DNA of 64,000 nucleotides from a virus (taxonomy: Duplodnaviria; Caudoviricetes). Both the position numbers and the translations under genes were made by a program. The stretch spans positions 15,846-79,845 of IMG/VR virus record IMGVR_UViG_3300033066_001296; one strand, given 5' to 3'. Of this stretch, positions 54,660 to 63,349 are shown one piece after another. The notes below the pieces were generated by a model. That model ran no database searches and was not told the DNA's origin. It saw only the letters and a list, made by a program, of their open reading frames with translations. Position 1 is the stretch's first letter. Each line of letters opens with the position of its first letter.

Positions 54660-54778
54660 CAGCGGTTGATGTGGTGAGATTTGTTTTCCGTGGAGGGCTG
54701 CTTCTGATTGCTTCTCAGCCCGACGAAGCGGAGCATATCGATGTACCCGACTCTTCACTAGAGTCTAAAACCACATCT

Positions 54779-54850
54779 GCTAGCGTATCTCAATGGTAGA
54801 GAAGCGACCTTTTAAGTCGCGATATGAGGGTTCAACTCCCTCCGCTAGCA
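54779..54850 (+). tRNA. tRNA-Lys(UUU)
   Basis: GCTAGCG/CGCTAGC acceptor, TCTC/GAGA D-stem, GCGAC-CTTTTAA-GTCGC, GAGGG-TTCAACT-CCCTC. Confidence 0.92.
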
Positions 54851-54890
54851 CTATCGATCAATGGAGATCGGTAAAAGAGGAGTGTCTGCA

Positions 54891-55028
54891 ATGGACGATG
54901 ATTCAAAGATCGTGAGTGGCGTATTCGGGTTGGGTTGCCTCACGGTGATCCTGAACTTCGTGCTCAGCATCGCGTTTCTCGCGGCGGTCGCCTACGCGGT
55001 CGTCTGGGTGATCAAGCACGTCAACTGA
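54891..55028 (+). CDS. Small single-pass membrane protein
   Basis: MDDDSKIVSGVFGLGCLTVILNFVLSIAFLAAVAYAVVWVIKHVN; GAGGAG RBS. Confidence 0.6.
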   Translation: MDDDSKIVSGVFGLGCLTVILNFVLSIAFLAAVAYAVVWVIKHVN

Positions 55029-55056
55029 GCCGCCAACGCACAGAAGGGAAACTTTC

Positions 55057-55449
55057 ATGAACATCAACACGCAATACCACCCCACCGCCCGCGTCAAGAT
55101 CCGCCGCACCGAGATCCTGGACGGAGGCTCGATGGACGAAGAGGTTTTCCACTACACCTACCGAGTCTTCGAGAAGGGTCCGGGCTCGAACAAGCGCACG
55201 ACGTGGATCTACAAGAGCGACATCACGCTCAAGGACGCCATCGCCGGATACTGCAAGTTCAAGGGCACGCTCGACAAGTTCCCCTCGTTCTGGTTCGAGG
55301 GGCGAGAGGTGCGCGATCAGTGGGAGAGGCTCCTGATCCTTCACCACCTCATCGAGAAGTGCAAGATCGCCGAGAAAGCGGTCGTCGAAGAGCTCGAGAG
55401 GGAGATGGGGATGCGGGATCTGGCCTGCCTCGTCCCTCCCGGTCGCTGA
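55057..55449 (+). CDS. Hypothetical protein
   Basis: 130 aa, GC3-biased, preceded by 18-bp leader repeat. Confidence 0.65.
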   Translation: MNINTQYHPTARVKIRRTEILDGGSMDEEVFHYTYRVFEKGPGSNKRTTWIYKSDITLKDAIAGYCKFKGTLDKFPSFWFEGREVRDQWERLLILHHLIEKCKIAEKAVVEELEREMGMRDLACLVPPGR

Positions 55450-55476
55450 ACTCAACACAGAAGGGAAACTTTCGCC

Positions 55477-55950
55477 ATGAAGATCCGTCGTCGCAACCAT
55501 CCCGAGGGTCACGTCGCCCGAGGCAAGAACAACCCGAGCCCGACGCGCGGAGCGCGCACGAAGTCGGGAGCGCTCCGAGTTCATCCCCGTGACAAGATGG
55601 GGAGGGTCTACGCCCAGAGCACTGATGGAGGGCTCGTCCGTACGTGGGGGGCTCTCTACAACCACAACGGCGAAGAGATCAACCCCGTCGAGATCCAGGC
55701 CAAGATCGACGAGCGCACCGCTATGACCTCGTGGGTCAGGTCGGGACAGTCCACGACGATCGAGCTCGGCAAGAAGCTCTTCCTCACCGTGGACGACAGA
55801 GGCAAGCAGCCGACCGTGTTCCTGCACACGTCGAGCAACCCAACCCACACGCAGAAGTTTCCCAAGGGCATCAGGACACTGCCCAACCTCAAGGTGGCGC
55901 GTCGCTACGCCCGCGAGCTGCTCAACTACCACGCGCAGAAGGCGGCGTGA
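55477..55950 (+). CDS. Hypothetical basic protein
   Basis: 157 aa, preceded by 18-bp leader repeat. Confidence 0.65.
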   Translation: MKIRRRNHPEGHVARGKNNPSPTRGARTKSGALRVHPRDKMGRVYAQSTDGGLVRTWGALYNHNGEEINPVEIQAKIDERTAMTSWVRSGQSTTIELGKKLFLTVDDRGKQPTVFLHTSSNPTHTQKFPKGIRTLPNLKVARRYARELLNYHAQKAA

Positions 55951-56165
55951 GAGTTCACGCCACGTTCGTGAGGACTCGTCGGGAAGTGGTGGAGATGGAC
56001 TTCATCCTTCCCGACGATTCTTCTCGCCAAGCCATCTTCGAGAAATTCAGAGAAGTCCAGAACTCTGGAAATCTTCGCTACACACCGACAGACGAGATCG
56101 ATGATCAGTGGGCTTACCTCAACGATGAGGAAGAGCCGCTCCAGAACACGAAGAAAGGTCCGTGA
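55947..56165 (+). CDS. Hypothetical protein
   Basis: 72 aa, GTGA overlaps at both ends. Confidence 0.5.
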   Translation: MRVHATFVRTRREVVEMDFILPDDSSRQAIFEKFREVQNSGNLRYTPTDEIDDQWAYLNDEEEPLQNTKKGP

Positions 56166-56740
56166 TCATGCCCCGTAATCTCGTCGCCAAGCTCACCCGT
56201 TCAACCAACCAGATCGGAAAGGTCGCCCTCAATGGCGTCTCCGATGCCGCCACGCCCGAAGAGATCCGCAACTACGCGATGCTCTTCGGCAAGCTCTTCC
56301 CCGATCGTGTGCAGTGGGAGGCTCCCGAACAGACGGCGAGCGCCATCACGATTGTGGACAACCTCTTCAACAAAGCGACAAGTGTCGAACCGGGTGCCAA
56401 GGTCAAGCTCGTCTCCGGGCTCTTGGGGGATCGCTCTCCCAAGCCACTCTTCAAGCAGACGGTCAAGCTCCCCGCCAAGGGGACCAAGATCTTCTCGATC
56501 CTCACCTACCTGCTCTCGAACCCCGGCTCGACCGTGACGGAGCTGTCGAGGGTGCGCGGTCACAATCTCCACAAGGAGCACGAGGATGCAAACAAGCTCA
56601 CGAACGCTCTCGTGAGCGCGTACTCCAGACTTCTCGATCGTGTGCGCAATCCCTCCAGCCTCCGCGCTGGGACCGAGGTCTGGTGCTACTCGCTCAGGCC
56701 CGAGGTCGCCGAGGCCGTGCGCGAGGCTCTGAAGGTCTGA
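56162..56740 (+). CDS. Hypothetical protein, possible C-terminal winged helix
   Basis: SILTYLLSNPGSTVTELSRVRG...VWCYSL pattern. Confidence 0.6.
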   Translation: MIMPRNLVAKLTRSTNQIGKVALNGVSDAATPEEIRNYAMLFGKLFPDRVQWEAPEQTASAITIVDNLFNKATSVEPGAKVKLVSGLLGDRSPKPLFKQTVKLPAKGTKIFSILTYLLSNPGSTVTELSRVRGHNLHKEHEDANKLTNALVSAYSRLLDRVRNPSSLRAGTEVWCYSLRPEVAEAVREALKV

Positions 56741-56755
56741 CACAAGGAGGGCTTC

Positions 56756-57103
56756 ATGGCACTTCGTGAGTGCAGCGAGTGTGGTGTGAGTTTCGACCCG
56801 CACTCTCCTGCAAAGCGAAAGGCCGGGGGGAAGATCTTTCATTGCCCCGACTGCTCCGAAGAGGTATCTACACCATACCTCGGGGTGGTCGGGGGCGATG
56901 GAAAGCAGAGTTCGGTCTCGGTCATCAAGTTCGACTCGCAGAGTGACCGAGACAAGTATCAGAGGTGGTTCCAATCCGTTTCTGGTTACAATACGGGCAA
57001 GAACTGTCAGATGGGTCATGAGCCACCGCCGTGTCCTGTCGCTCACTTCACCACAGTTGCTCACAATGGGGGCAACTCAAACCACAAGGGGAAAGCATCA
57101 TGA
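56756..57103 (+). CDS. Zn-ribbon protein
   Basis: CSECG...FHCPDC. Confidence 0.6.
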   Translation: MALRECSECGVSFDPHSPAKRKAGGKIFHCPDCSEEVSTPYLGVVGGDGKQSSVSVIKFDSQSDRDKYQRWFQSVSGYNTGKNCQMGHEPPPCPVAHFTTVAHNGGNSNHKGKAS

Positions 57104-57330
57104 AGAACTGGTCTCACCGAGGAATGCCTCGGATGCTTCAGAGCGAAGGGGCGGTCAACACCGCCCCCAACTTCAAGATCAAGAAGACGGACAAGGGAGA
57201 GGTTCCGGTGTCACACCTCGAACCTCTCAACAAGACCGTCCGATGGAACTCAAACGAGTTTCAGTACGTGCGGAACATGCGACCGCTCTCGCGGCGCAAG
57301 CATCGTCGGGGTGCTCCAAGCGGGTACTGA
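57100..57330 (+). CDS. Hypothetical protein
   Basis: 76 aa, ATGA overlap. Confidence 0.5.
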   Translation: MKNWSHRGMPRMLQSEGAVNTAPNFKIKKTDKGEVPVSHLEPLNKTVRWNSNEFQYVRNMRPLSRRKHRRGAPSGY

Positions 57331-57369
57331 TCTGACAACGTGGGCCGCGATTACGTAAAACGCGGATCT

Positions 57370-57518
57370 GCCGCTCGTTGAAGTTGCCTCACATCTGGCT
57401 CAGAGACCTCTATCCCGAGAGTATCTGGGAGGGTGTGGGTGCAATGGCAGCACGTTCTTGTCGAGTGCGGGATCACAGACACAAGATCGTATGGGTTCGA
57501 TTCCCTTGAGCGGAACCA
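57370..57518 (+). ncRNA. Expanded tRNA-like element E5 ending in ACCA
   Basis: D-arm GTGC-AATGGCA-GCAC, T-loop GGG-TTCGATT-CCC, 3' GAGCGG-AA-CCA pairing with CCGCTC at 57371; no anticodon loop. Confidence 0.5.
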
Positions 57519-57533
57519 AGAAAGGAGAGGGTA

Positions 57534-57764
57534 ATGCGATACTACGCAGTGCAGTTCTGCTGCAAGAGGGCCGGTTGGACAACTCTGGAACATCTCGGCT
57601 TCAAAAAGCTCCACGAAGCTGTGAAAGTTCTTCAGGAACTCTCGAGCCAAAGGCCCTATTTCGCGATGAGAACTCACCAGATGCCAAAGAGCTGGGCACC
57701 CTCTCCTTGTGAGGGGGATGTGATCGAGGTTGCCAAGGAGACCATGGACAAATGTCATTTCTGA
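57534..57764 (+). CDS. Hypothetical protein
   Basis: 76 aa, AAGGAG RBS. Confidence 0.55.
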   Translation: MRYYAVQFCCKRAGWTTLEHLGFKKLHEAVKVLQELSSQRPYFAMRTHQMPKSWAPSPCEGDVIEVAKETMDKCHF

Positions 57765-58096
57765 CAAGTCACCACGGATCTTACATTCACGACTATGAAA
57801 AGTCTTGCAACCTCAAACAAATCGCGACTCTCAGCCGGGAGGGTGCGGAGGATGTGCTCCGTGGGAGCCCCTTCGTCGATCCCAGGAACATCCGATGGGG
57901 TTCTGAGTACCTCTTCATGAACAAGGGGTGGTACATCGTCGCCCACAACGCGAAAGAGGATACCTGCGACATCCTCTACCTTGCCGATGGTAGGTACTAC
58001 CTCTGGCAAGCATCGCCCGCTTCCAGACTCCTCCAAGAGATCAACCGCTATCGGGATAATCCAATCACAAGCATCGAGCAGATAAGGGTGAGGTAA
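57752..58096 (+). CDS. Hypothetical protein
   Basis: 114 aa. Confidence 0.55.
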   Translation: MSFLTSHHGSYIHDYEKSCNLKQIATLSREGAEDVLRGSPFVDPRNIRWGSEYLFMNKGWYIVAHNAKEDTCDILYLADGRYYLWQASPASRLLQEINRYRDNPITSIEQIRVR

Positions 58097-58103
58097 TCCT
58101 CTG

Positions 58104-58328
58104 ATGTTCAAGCACGGAGATATCGTAAAGTACAAGGGCGAGTTCCTTCGCTCTGTGGGTTGGTACACCAACGTTCCGAAGGACGGAAAGGTGATCATCA
58201 ACGATCAGAATCCCATCATGGGAGATCCTTCCGAAAAGTTCTGTTGCGTGGCGGTGCATTGGTGCGACTCGCCCGCACCCAAGCTTTGCAACATCAAAAA
58301 CATCATGCTCGCATCGAAGCCGGGGTGA
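58104..58328 (+). CDS. Hypothetical SH3/KOW-like small protein
   Basis: MFKHGDIVKYKG...GKVII...VAVHW pattern. Confidence 0.55.
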   Translation: MFKHGDIVKYKGEFLRSVGWYTNVPKDGKVIINDQNPIMGDPSEKFCCVAVHWCDSPAPKLCNIKNIMLASKPG

Positions 58329-58331
58329 ACC

Positions 58332-58847
58332 ATGGGCATCGTAGTGCAAAAAGTCGCAGAGCTTCTCAACTGCACGAAGGGGGGAGTATTGATCCTTTCT
58401 GGACTTCCGGGCTCTGGTAAAAGCAAGCTCGCCAACGAGCTTTCAGAGCAGCACGCGAACACTCGCGTGATCTCCTCCGATGATTACTTCATGCGGAATG
58501 GAAAGTACGAGTTTGATCCAAGAAAGCTTGGAGAAGCTCACGATCGGTGTTGGGAGAGCTTCCTTCGAGAGTGCGATCGTTGGGACTCTTGGAGACTGTC
58601 TGATGGGCTGCTCATCGTGGACAACACGAACACCTCTCCGTTCGAGCTCGCCCCCTACGTGAGATACGCAACGGGGTGCGGAATTCCTACGCTTACACTC
58701 TTCGTGAGCCGTTCGTTCGAGTGGTGTGCTCGCGATCAGACACACGGGGTGTCTATCGAGACCATGCAACGCATGGATCAGAACATCACACGTACGCTCA
58801 AGGACTTCCCTCGGTATTGGGATCGCAAGATCTGGAGTTGGTCATGA
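58332..58847 (+). CDS. P-loop nucleotide/polynucleotide kinase (AAA_33, N4BP2-like)
   Basis: ILSGLPGSGKS...ISSDDYF...YEFDPRKLGEAH...LIVDNTN...THGVS.ETMQRM. Confidence 0.85.
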   Translation: MGIVVQKVAELLNCTKGGVLILSGLPGSGKSKLANELSEQHANTRVISSDDYFMRNGKYEFDPRKLGEAHDRCWESFLRECDRWDSWRLSDGLLIVDNTNTSPFELAPYVRYATGCGIPTLTLFVSRSFEWCARDQTHGVSIETMQRMDQNITRTLKDFPRYWDRKIWSWS

Positions 58848-59068
58848 AAGTCATCGAAACACTCTACGAAACGATCAAGGACTCTGCCGTCGGGGCGGTG
58901 GGATCGTTTGTCGCGAAGAAGGTTCGCGACAAGATCACAGAACGCCTCGAAGAGACCGATTGGGAGAGGTTGCAAGCCAACCTCCGCAAGCGGGTCGAAG
59001 AAGCCAATCGGGCCAAGGCTCAGCAGAAGCCCAACTACATCAAGGTAACGAGGTTGGACAAGCAATGA
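58844..59068 (+). CDS. Hypothetical helical protein
   Basis: 74 aa, ATGA overlaps. Confidence 0.55.
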   Translation: MKVIETLYETIKDSAVGAVGSFVAKKVRDKITERLEETDWERLQANLRKRVEEANRAKAQQKPNYIKVTRLDKQ

Positions 59069-60345
59069 ACGGACAAACCTACAAGGTCGTGACCGAAGCT
59101 CTTCTGGCCGCATTCCCCTCTCGGAGTGCATTGAGTAGAGCGCTCTTGTTCGGCTGTGAGCTTCGGCTCAACGAGATTGCTGGAGATGGTATCCCTCTCC
59201 CTGCGGTTGTCGGTGAGCTCCTCACCTACATGAACTCCCAAGGAGTCGCTGCAACCGTGCTCAAAGGGCTTCTGAGCCAGAATCCCCTGAACCCGAAACT
59301 CCAGAGCGCCGTTGCTCTGGTTACGGGATCGCCCATCGAAGTCACAACCCCAACCCAAGAAAGCACTCCTACAGTGAGCAACGCCAATCAGAAGATCCAC
59401 AGCGTACATCGTATGGGGCTTCTCGCCGTGCTCTGTCTCGCGCTCAAGGCTCCGAGCGAAGAGGTGGAGGGATTTCTCGATGAGCTCATCGAGGAAGACA
59501 CCACCTACAAGGGGCTCGCCGACATCGACCGCGACACCATCTCCGATGCGGCACGAGCCACCATCAAGGGGGTCAAGGCGATCCAGATCAACAACGCCGT
59601 GAAGGTTCTTCAGCTCTTCGGACCCGAGATCAAGGTCTCGGAGAAGGGGAGGCTCAACATCGTCAAGAACGAGCTCACAGGCGAGTGGGAAGTCTCCTCG
59701 CGCACGACAGACGCCGAGGATGGCACGCTCTACAAGCCTGTGGAGTTCCCGAAGCCCATCGTCGGTTGGTATGACGGGAAGACATACCCGATGGGGGCTC
59801 TCGTCGATGACAACGACCTCCCGCTCACAAGCGAAGGCATCGAGTCTCTCCTTCAGAGGAACTACCAGATGGGGGCGCACCCGTGGTGGTCCAGAAACCT
59901 CGGGAACTTCTCCGTGGTGGACCTCTGCCGCGCTCTGAAGGACGGAAAGCAACCCGTTCAGATCTTCAAGATCCTCATCGACCCGCTCAGCAACTTCTGT
60001 CTGCGTGAGCAGGACTGCCAGATCTTCATCGAGAAGATGAAGACGGCGGTGCCCAAGAACACAGATGCGACGAGCACCACTCAATCGTTCGAGTGGACGC
60101 GAGAGAGGAAGATCGCGCTGCGAAAGGCTCTGGCCAAGCTCTTTCCATCGAGCTCCAAGCTCAGGACCCTCGCATCCGACTCTGCACTGAACACATCGAG
60201 GGTCGATTTCAACGGTGCGGAGGAGAACATCGCCTTCTCCATCATCCAGGAAGCGGAGGCGGCACAGAAGCTCGACAGGCTCTACGCGGTCGCCCTCTCG
60301 GAGTGGCCCAACTCGACCATCCTCCGTGATGTGAGGCTCGCGTGA
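59065..60345 (+). CDS. Protein with N- and C-terminal Effector-Associated Domain 1 (EAD1)-like domains
   Basis: N: EALLAAFPSRSALSRAL...RLNEIA...VVGELLTYMNSQG...LSQNPLNPKL; C: LRKALAKLFPSSSKLRTL...IAFSIIQEAEAAQKLDRLYAVALSEWPNS. Confidence 0.75.
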   Translation: MNGQTYKVVTEALLAAFPSRSALSRALLFGCELRLNEIAGDGIPLPAVVGELLTYMNSQGVAATVLKGLLSQNPLNPKLQSAVALVTGSPIEVTTPTQESTPTVSNANQKIHSVHRMGLLAVLCLALKAPSEEVEGFLDELIEEDTTYKGLADIDRDTISDAARATIKGVKAIQINNAVKVLQLFGPEIKVSEKGRLNIVKNELTGEWEVSSRTTDAEDGTLYKPVEFPKPIVGWYDGKTYPMGALVDDNDLPLTSEGIESLLQRNYQMGAHPWWSRNLGNFSVVDLCRALKDGKQPVQIFKILIDPLSNFCLREQDCQIFIEKMKTAVPKNTDATSTTQSFEWTRERKIALRKALAKLFPSSSKLRTLASDSALNTSRVDFNGAEENIAFSIIQEAEAAQKLDRLYAVALSEWPNSTILRDVRLA

Positions 60346-60656
60346 GTAAGGACTACGCAAACCTCTTTTCTTGGCTTGCCAAGCAAGATGCGAGCAAACC
60401 CCACATTCAAGAGCTCATCGATCTGATCGGGGCCTCGGTTGAGGCGAAGCAAGCCGCGGAGAACTTCGATCGTGCGATGGGCATCGCCGAAGCGACCGTG
60501 GATAAGCTCAGAGCAGCCTCAGAGGAGCTCAACAAGCTCAAAGAGGAGCGTGCAATCCTTGCGGAGATGCTCGGAACGGTCTCGATCCTCGATGCCGTGA
60601 AGGAGCTCAGGGAGATCGCTCGAAGCATCCCCAACGACCCTCCGGGTTTGGACTAG
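60342..60656 (+). CDS. Hypothetical coiled-coil protein
   Basis: 104 aa, GTGA overlap. Confidence 0.6.
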   Translation: MSKDYANLFSWLAKQDASKPHIQELIDLIGASVEAKQAAENFDRAMGIAEATVDKLRAASEELNKLKEERAILAEMLGTVSILDAVKELREIARSIPNDPPGLD

Positions 60657-60706
60657 GCCCTTTAAAGCCTTCCAAACCCCTTCTAGCTACCCACCCCTAT
60701 CCCCGA

Positions 60707-60748
60707 CCCTTTCCTGCCATTGCAGCGCCTCGTAGGTGCCTTTACGGG
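60707..60748 (-). repeat. Inverted copy of the 42-bp element at 46482..46523
   Basis: 35/42 identity. Confidence 0.85.
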
Positions 60749-60868
60749 CATGGTTCAAGGCACCCTTCCGACCTTCAACCCGGATGGGGTTTGGGAAGGG
60801 GGTAGGGGGATGGGTAGTAATACCTAATACTAAGTATAAGAATATATAGGGAGACTGAAAAAAACTCA

Positions 60869-63349
60869 GTGAGGTGCCTTGTGAACATCGAAGAGATCGT
60901 CAGAAATCCGACATCATTTAGAGTGGAGAAGCTCTCCGCTACTGAGTACGAAGAGCTCTTCAATGCTCTCAAGGATCGCTACAACCCTCATGTGAAGTAC
61001 CGCGGAGGGGGCGGTGGTCTGATCCTCTGTCGTGCAGAGCTCATAGCTGGCAGTTCCATGCCACACGATACGGACTGCTACTGTCGTGGGCGTCTGATCT
61101 ACGAAACAGTTGCGACCTCGGGCTGGTTGCGCGAGCACAACGAGACAATGGAGAGAGCCAAAAACCTGAGAGCCACCATGGAAAAAACTGCAATCGACAA
61201 ACTCAGAGATCTCGTCGTCAGAAACTCAAGCACAACGTGGATTGGTGTCGACAGGTTCTCGGAGAGCGTGACCTTCGTTCTCCGAAACGAACAAGGTCAT
61301 TACTTGTACAGTGCTGACCTCAAAGATCCCAAGACACAAATCGCTGTTGCCAACGCTAACAGCATCGGATCTTGGGACAGCTCTCTGTGGTCAAACGGGA
61401 TCGGCAGCGAACTCAAAGCATTTTGGTCCACGATCCGTTGGGGCTACGATGCCTTCCCAAAGGATGCGTTGAGTTTCACGTTCAAGGATGGTGTCATCAC
61501 CTACACCAACGCGAAGGGCGAGAAGTTCAGTGAGCCAGTCTGTGTAGTGGATTCTGCTCACAAATCGCAGTGGTCAACGCTACCCACTACCGCAGCAAGT
61601 GCGACTCCCCCACTGACTCACAAAGCGTTGATCGAGAAGAGAGACATCCTTGGGCTCATTACGAAGTTCAAAGATGGCCCCCTGGAGATCTGCCTTGTCG
61701 ATCCGGGGCACTCACACTACGACCCCACGCTGCTCAACATCGCCGATTTCCTGAAATCTCTGTCCGGTTTCAACTGGATTGATGGTTTCAACACGGATTC
61801 TAGAGTGCAAGAGTCGTGCGGGCTCTTCCGAGAGATCAAAGCTCGGCTTGAGTGTAACGAGCTCAAGTTCAAGCCAGAGTGCGTCCGACTCACCATCTTC
61901 TACGATGGAAGCTATCGAGTAACTCGAGTTCCTGGTAGCCCTGCGGGTGTCACAAAAGGTCTTGAGGGCATTCGCAGACTCAAGGAATTTCTCGTGGATG
62001 CCACCCTCGCAGGTCAGTTCAAAGCCTACGTGACCTCGGAAAACCCCACCATCGAGGGGGCTTTGGCACTCTTGGATGGAAAGAGGATCAGCCTGTCGGG
62101 TACTGTGGGCATGGAGGCAGAAGGTGCGGTACTCGATAATCGAGATCTTGATCGGTACGCTTGGAACGATGACTTCTGGAATACGGTCATCAGGAGTGAA
62201 TCGGGTGGTACGGCTCTTCGATGGCTTCGCACATCGAACCGGGGTGATCACATCCGATATGCGCTCGTCTATCAGAGCGCAGAGCTCATCGAAATGGTGG
62301 GGCACGATGGAAAGCAGATCCGAGTCCGCTTCAAAGACCTCTTCGATGCCAACACTGCGGTTCTGATTCGATACAACCCAACCACGATCCAAGAGGCGCT
62401 CAGTCTGCTCGCAGTGGCTCCCCTTGAGCCCGAGAAGTGCATCGATGCCGCTGCGCCCATCTTGGATGGGATCACCGTCACGCTCAAGGGATATCCCCAC
62501 GTCGCGCGCCCAATCCGATGGGAGGCGTTCCAAGAGCTCTTCCATTCGGGGTGTCCGGTTTGGGATAAGGTTGTGCAGGATCGTAGGCCCAATCAGATCA
62601 ACGGAGATCAGATCTCGGACATTTCCTACTACCTTGCCGGATTTCCTGAGCTCTACAGGGAGCTCAGTCACATCACGTTCAATCTCTCCCGACGAGAGGT
62701 CATTCTCACAAACATGAAAGGTGTGTCCGTAGTCTGGACGCACACTCAATTCACCCACAACCGCAAGCCCGTAGAGTTCCCCGCAACAACCGTGAAAGAA
62801 GAGGCTCCCATGGCAACTCCCAATTCCAATGATTCGCTCGTCAACTTCGTGAACAACGCCCGTCGGGATGGTCGCAAGATGGCCACTCGCATGGCAGGCA
62901 AGCAGATCGTCAAGGCGATCCAGGAACCGCTCGTGGCTGCACTCGCGGCGCAGCTCGGACCCGGAGATGAGGCCCTCAAGGCGAAGATCGCGCTGTTTCT
63001 CGCCACGGACATCGGCAAGGCTCTTCTGGGCGGTCTCGTCTCTGCGGGCCTCTCTGCGGCCAACGGGACGATCATCAAGAAGTCCGATCAGATGGTGATC
63101 TGCGCGGAGCTCGCCGAGGACATGAAGATCGAGGCGGGTGCCGTGGCGATGGATGCCGTGGTCGATGTGATCATGGGACCGGCGCGCAGCATCATCACCG
63201 GGACGATCGCCTCCCTCGCGGAGAGCAATGGCAATGAACAGATCGCGCCTCCCGAGCCTCCCGCAGCGGGTCTCGGGAACGGGAACGGAGAGAAGCTCAA
63301 CATGAACGTCGAAGAGTGTGTGGCCGAGAAGGTCGAGGTGGTCAAGTGA
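60869..63349 (+). CDS. Large hypothetical protein
   Basis: 826-aa ORF with no recognised motifs. Confidence 0.75.
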   Translation: MRCLVNIEEIVRNPTSFRVEKLSATEYEELFNALKDRYNPHVKYRGGGGGLILCRAELIAGSSMPHDTDCYCRGRLIYETVATSGWLREHNETMERAKNLRATMEKTAIDKLRDLVVRNSSTTWIGVDRFSESVTFVLRNEQGHYLYSADLKDPKTQIAVANANSIGSWDSSLWSNGIGSELKAFWSTIRWGYDAFPKDALSFTFKDGVITYTNAKGEKFSEPVCVVDSAHKSQWSTLPTTAASATPPLTHKALIEKRDILGLITKFKDGPLEICLVDPGHSHYDPTLLNIADFLKSLSGFNWIDGFNTDSRVQESCGLFREIKARLECNELKFKPECVRLTIFYDGSYRVTRVPGSPAGVTKGLEGIRRLKEFLVDATLAGQFKAYVTSENPTIEGALALLDGKRISLSGTVGMEAEGAVLDNRDLDRYAWNDDFWNTVIRSESGGTALRWLRTSNRGDHIRYALVYQSAELIEMVGHDGKQIRVRFKDLFDANTAVLIRYNPTTIQEALSLLAVAPLEPEKCIDAAAPILDGITVTLKGYPHVARPIRWEAFQELFHSGCPVWDKVVQDRRPNQINGDQISDISYYLAGFPELYRELSHITFNLSRREVILTNMKGVSVVWTHTQFTHNRKPVEFPATTVKEEAPMATPNSNDSLVNFVNNARRDGRKMATRMAGKQIVKAIQEPLVAALAAQLGPGDEALKAKIALFLATDIGKALLGGLVSAGLSAANGTIIKKSDQMVICAELAEDMKIEAGAVAMDAVVDVIMGPARSIITGTIASLAESNGNEQIAPPEPPAAGLGNGNGEKLNMNVEECVAEKVEVVK

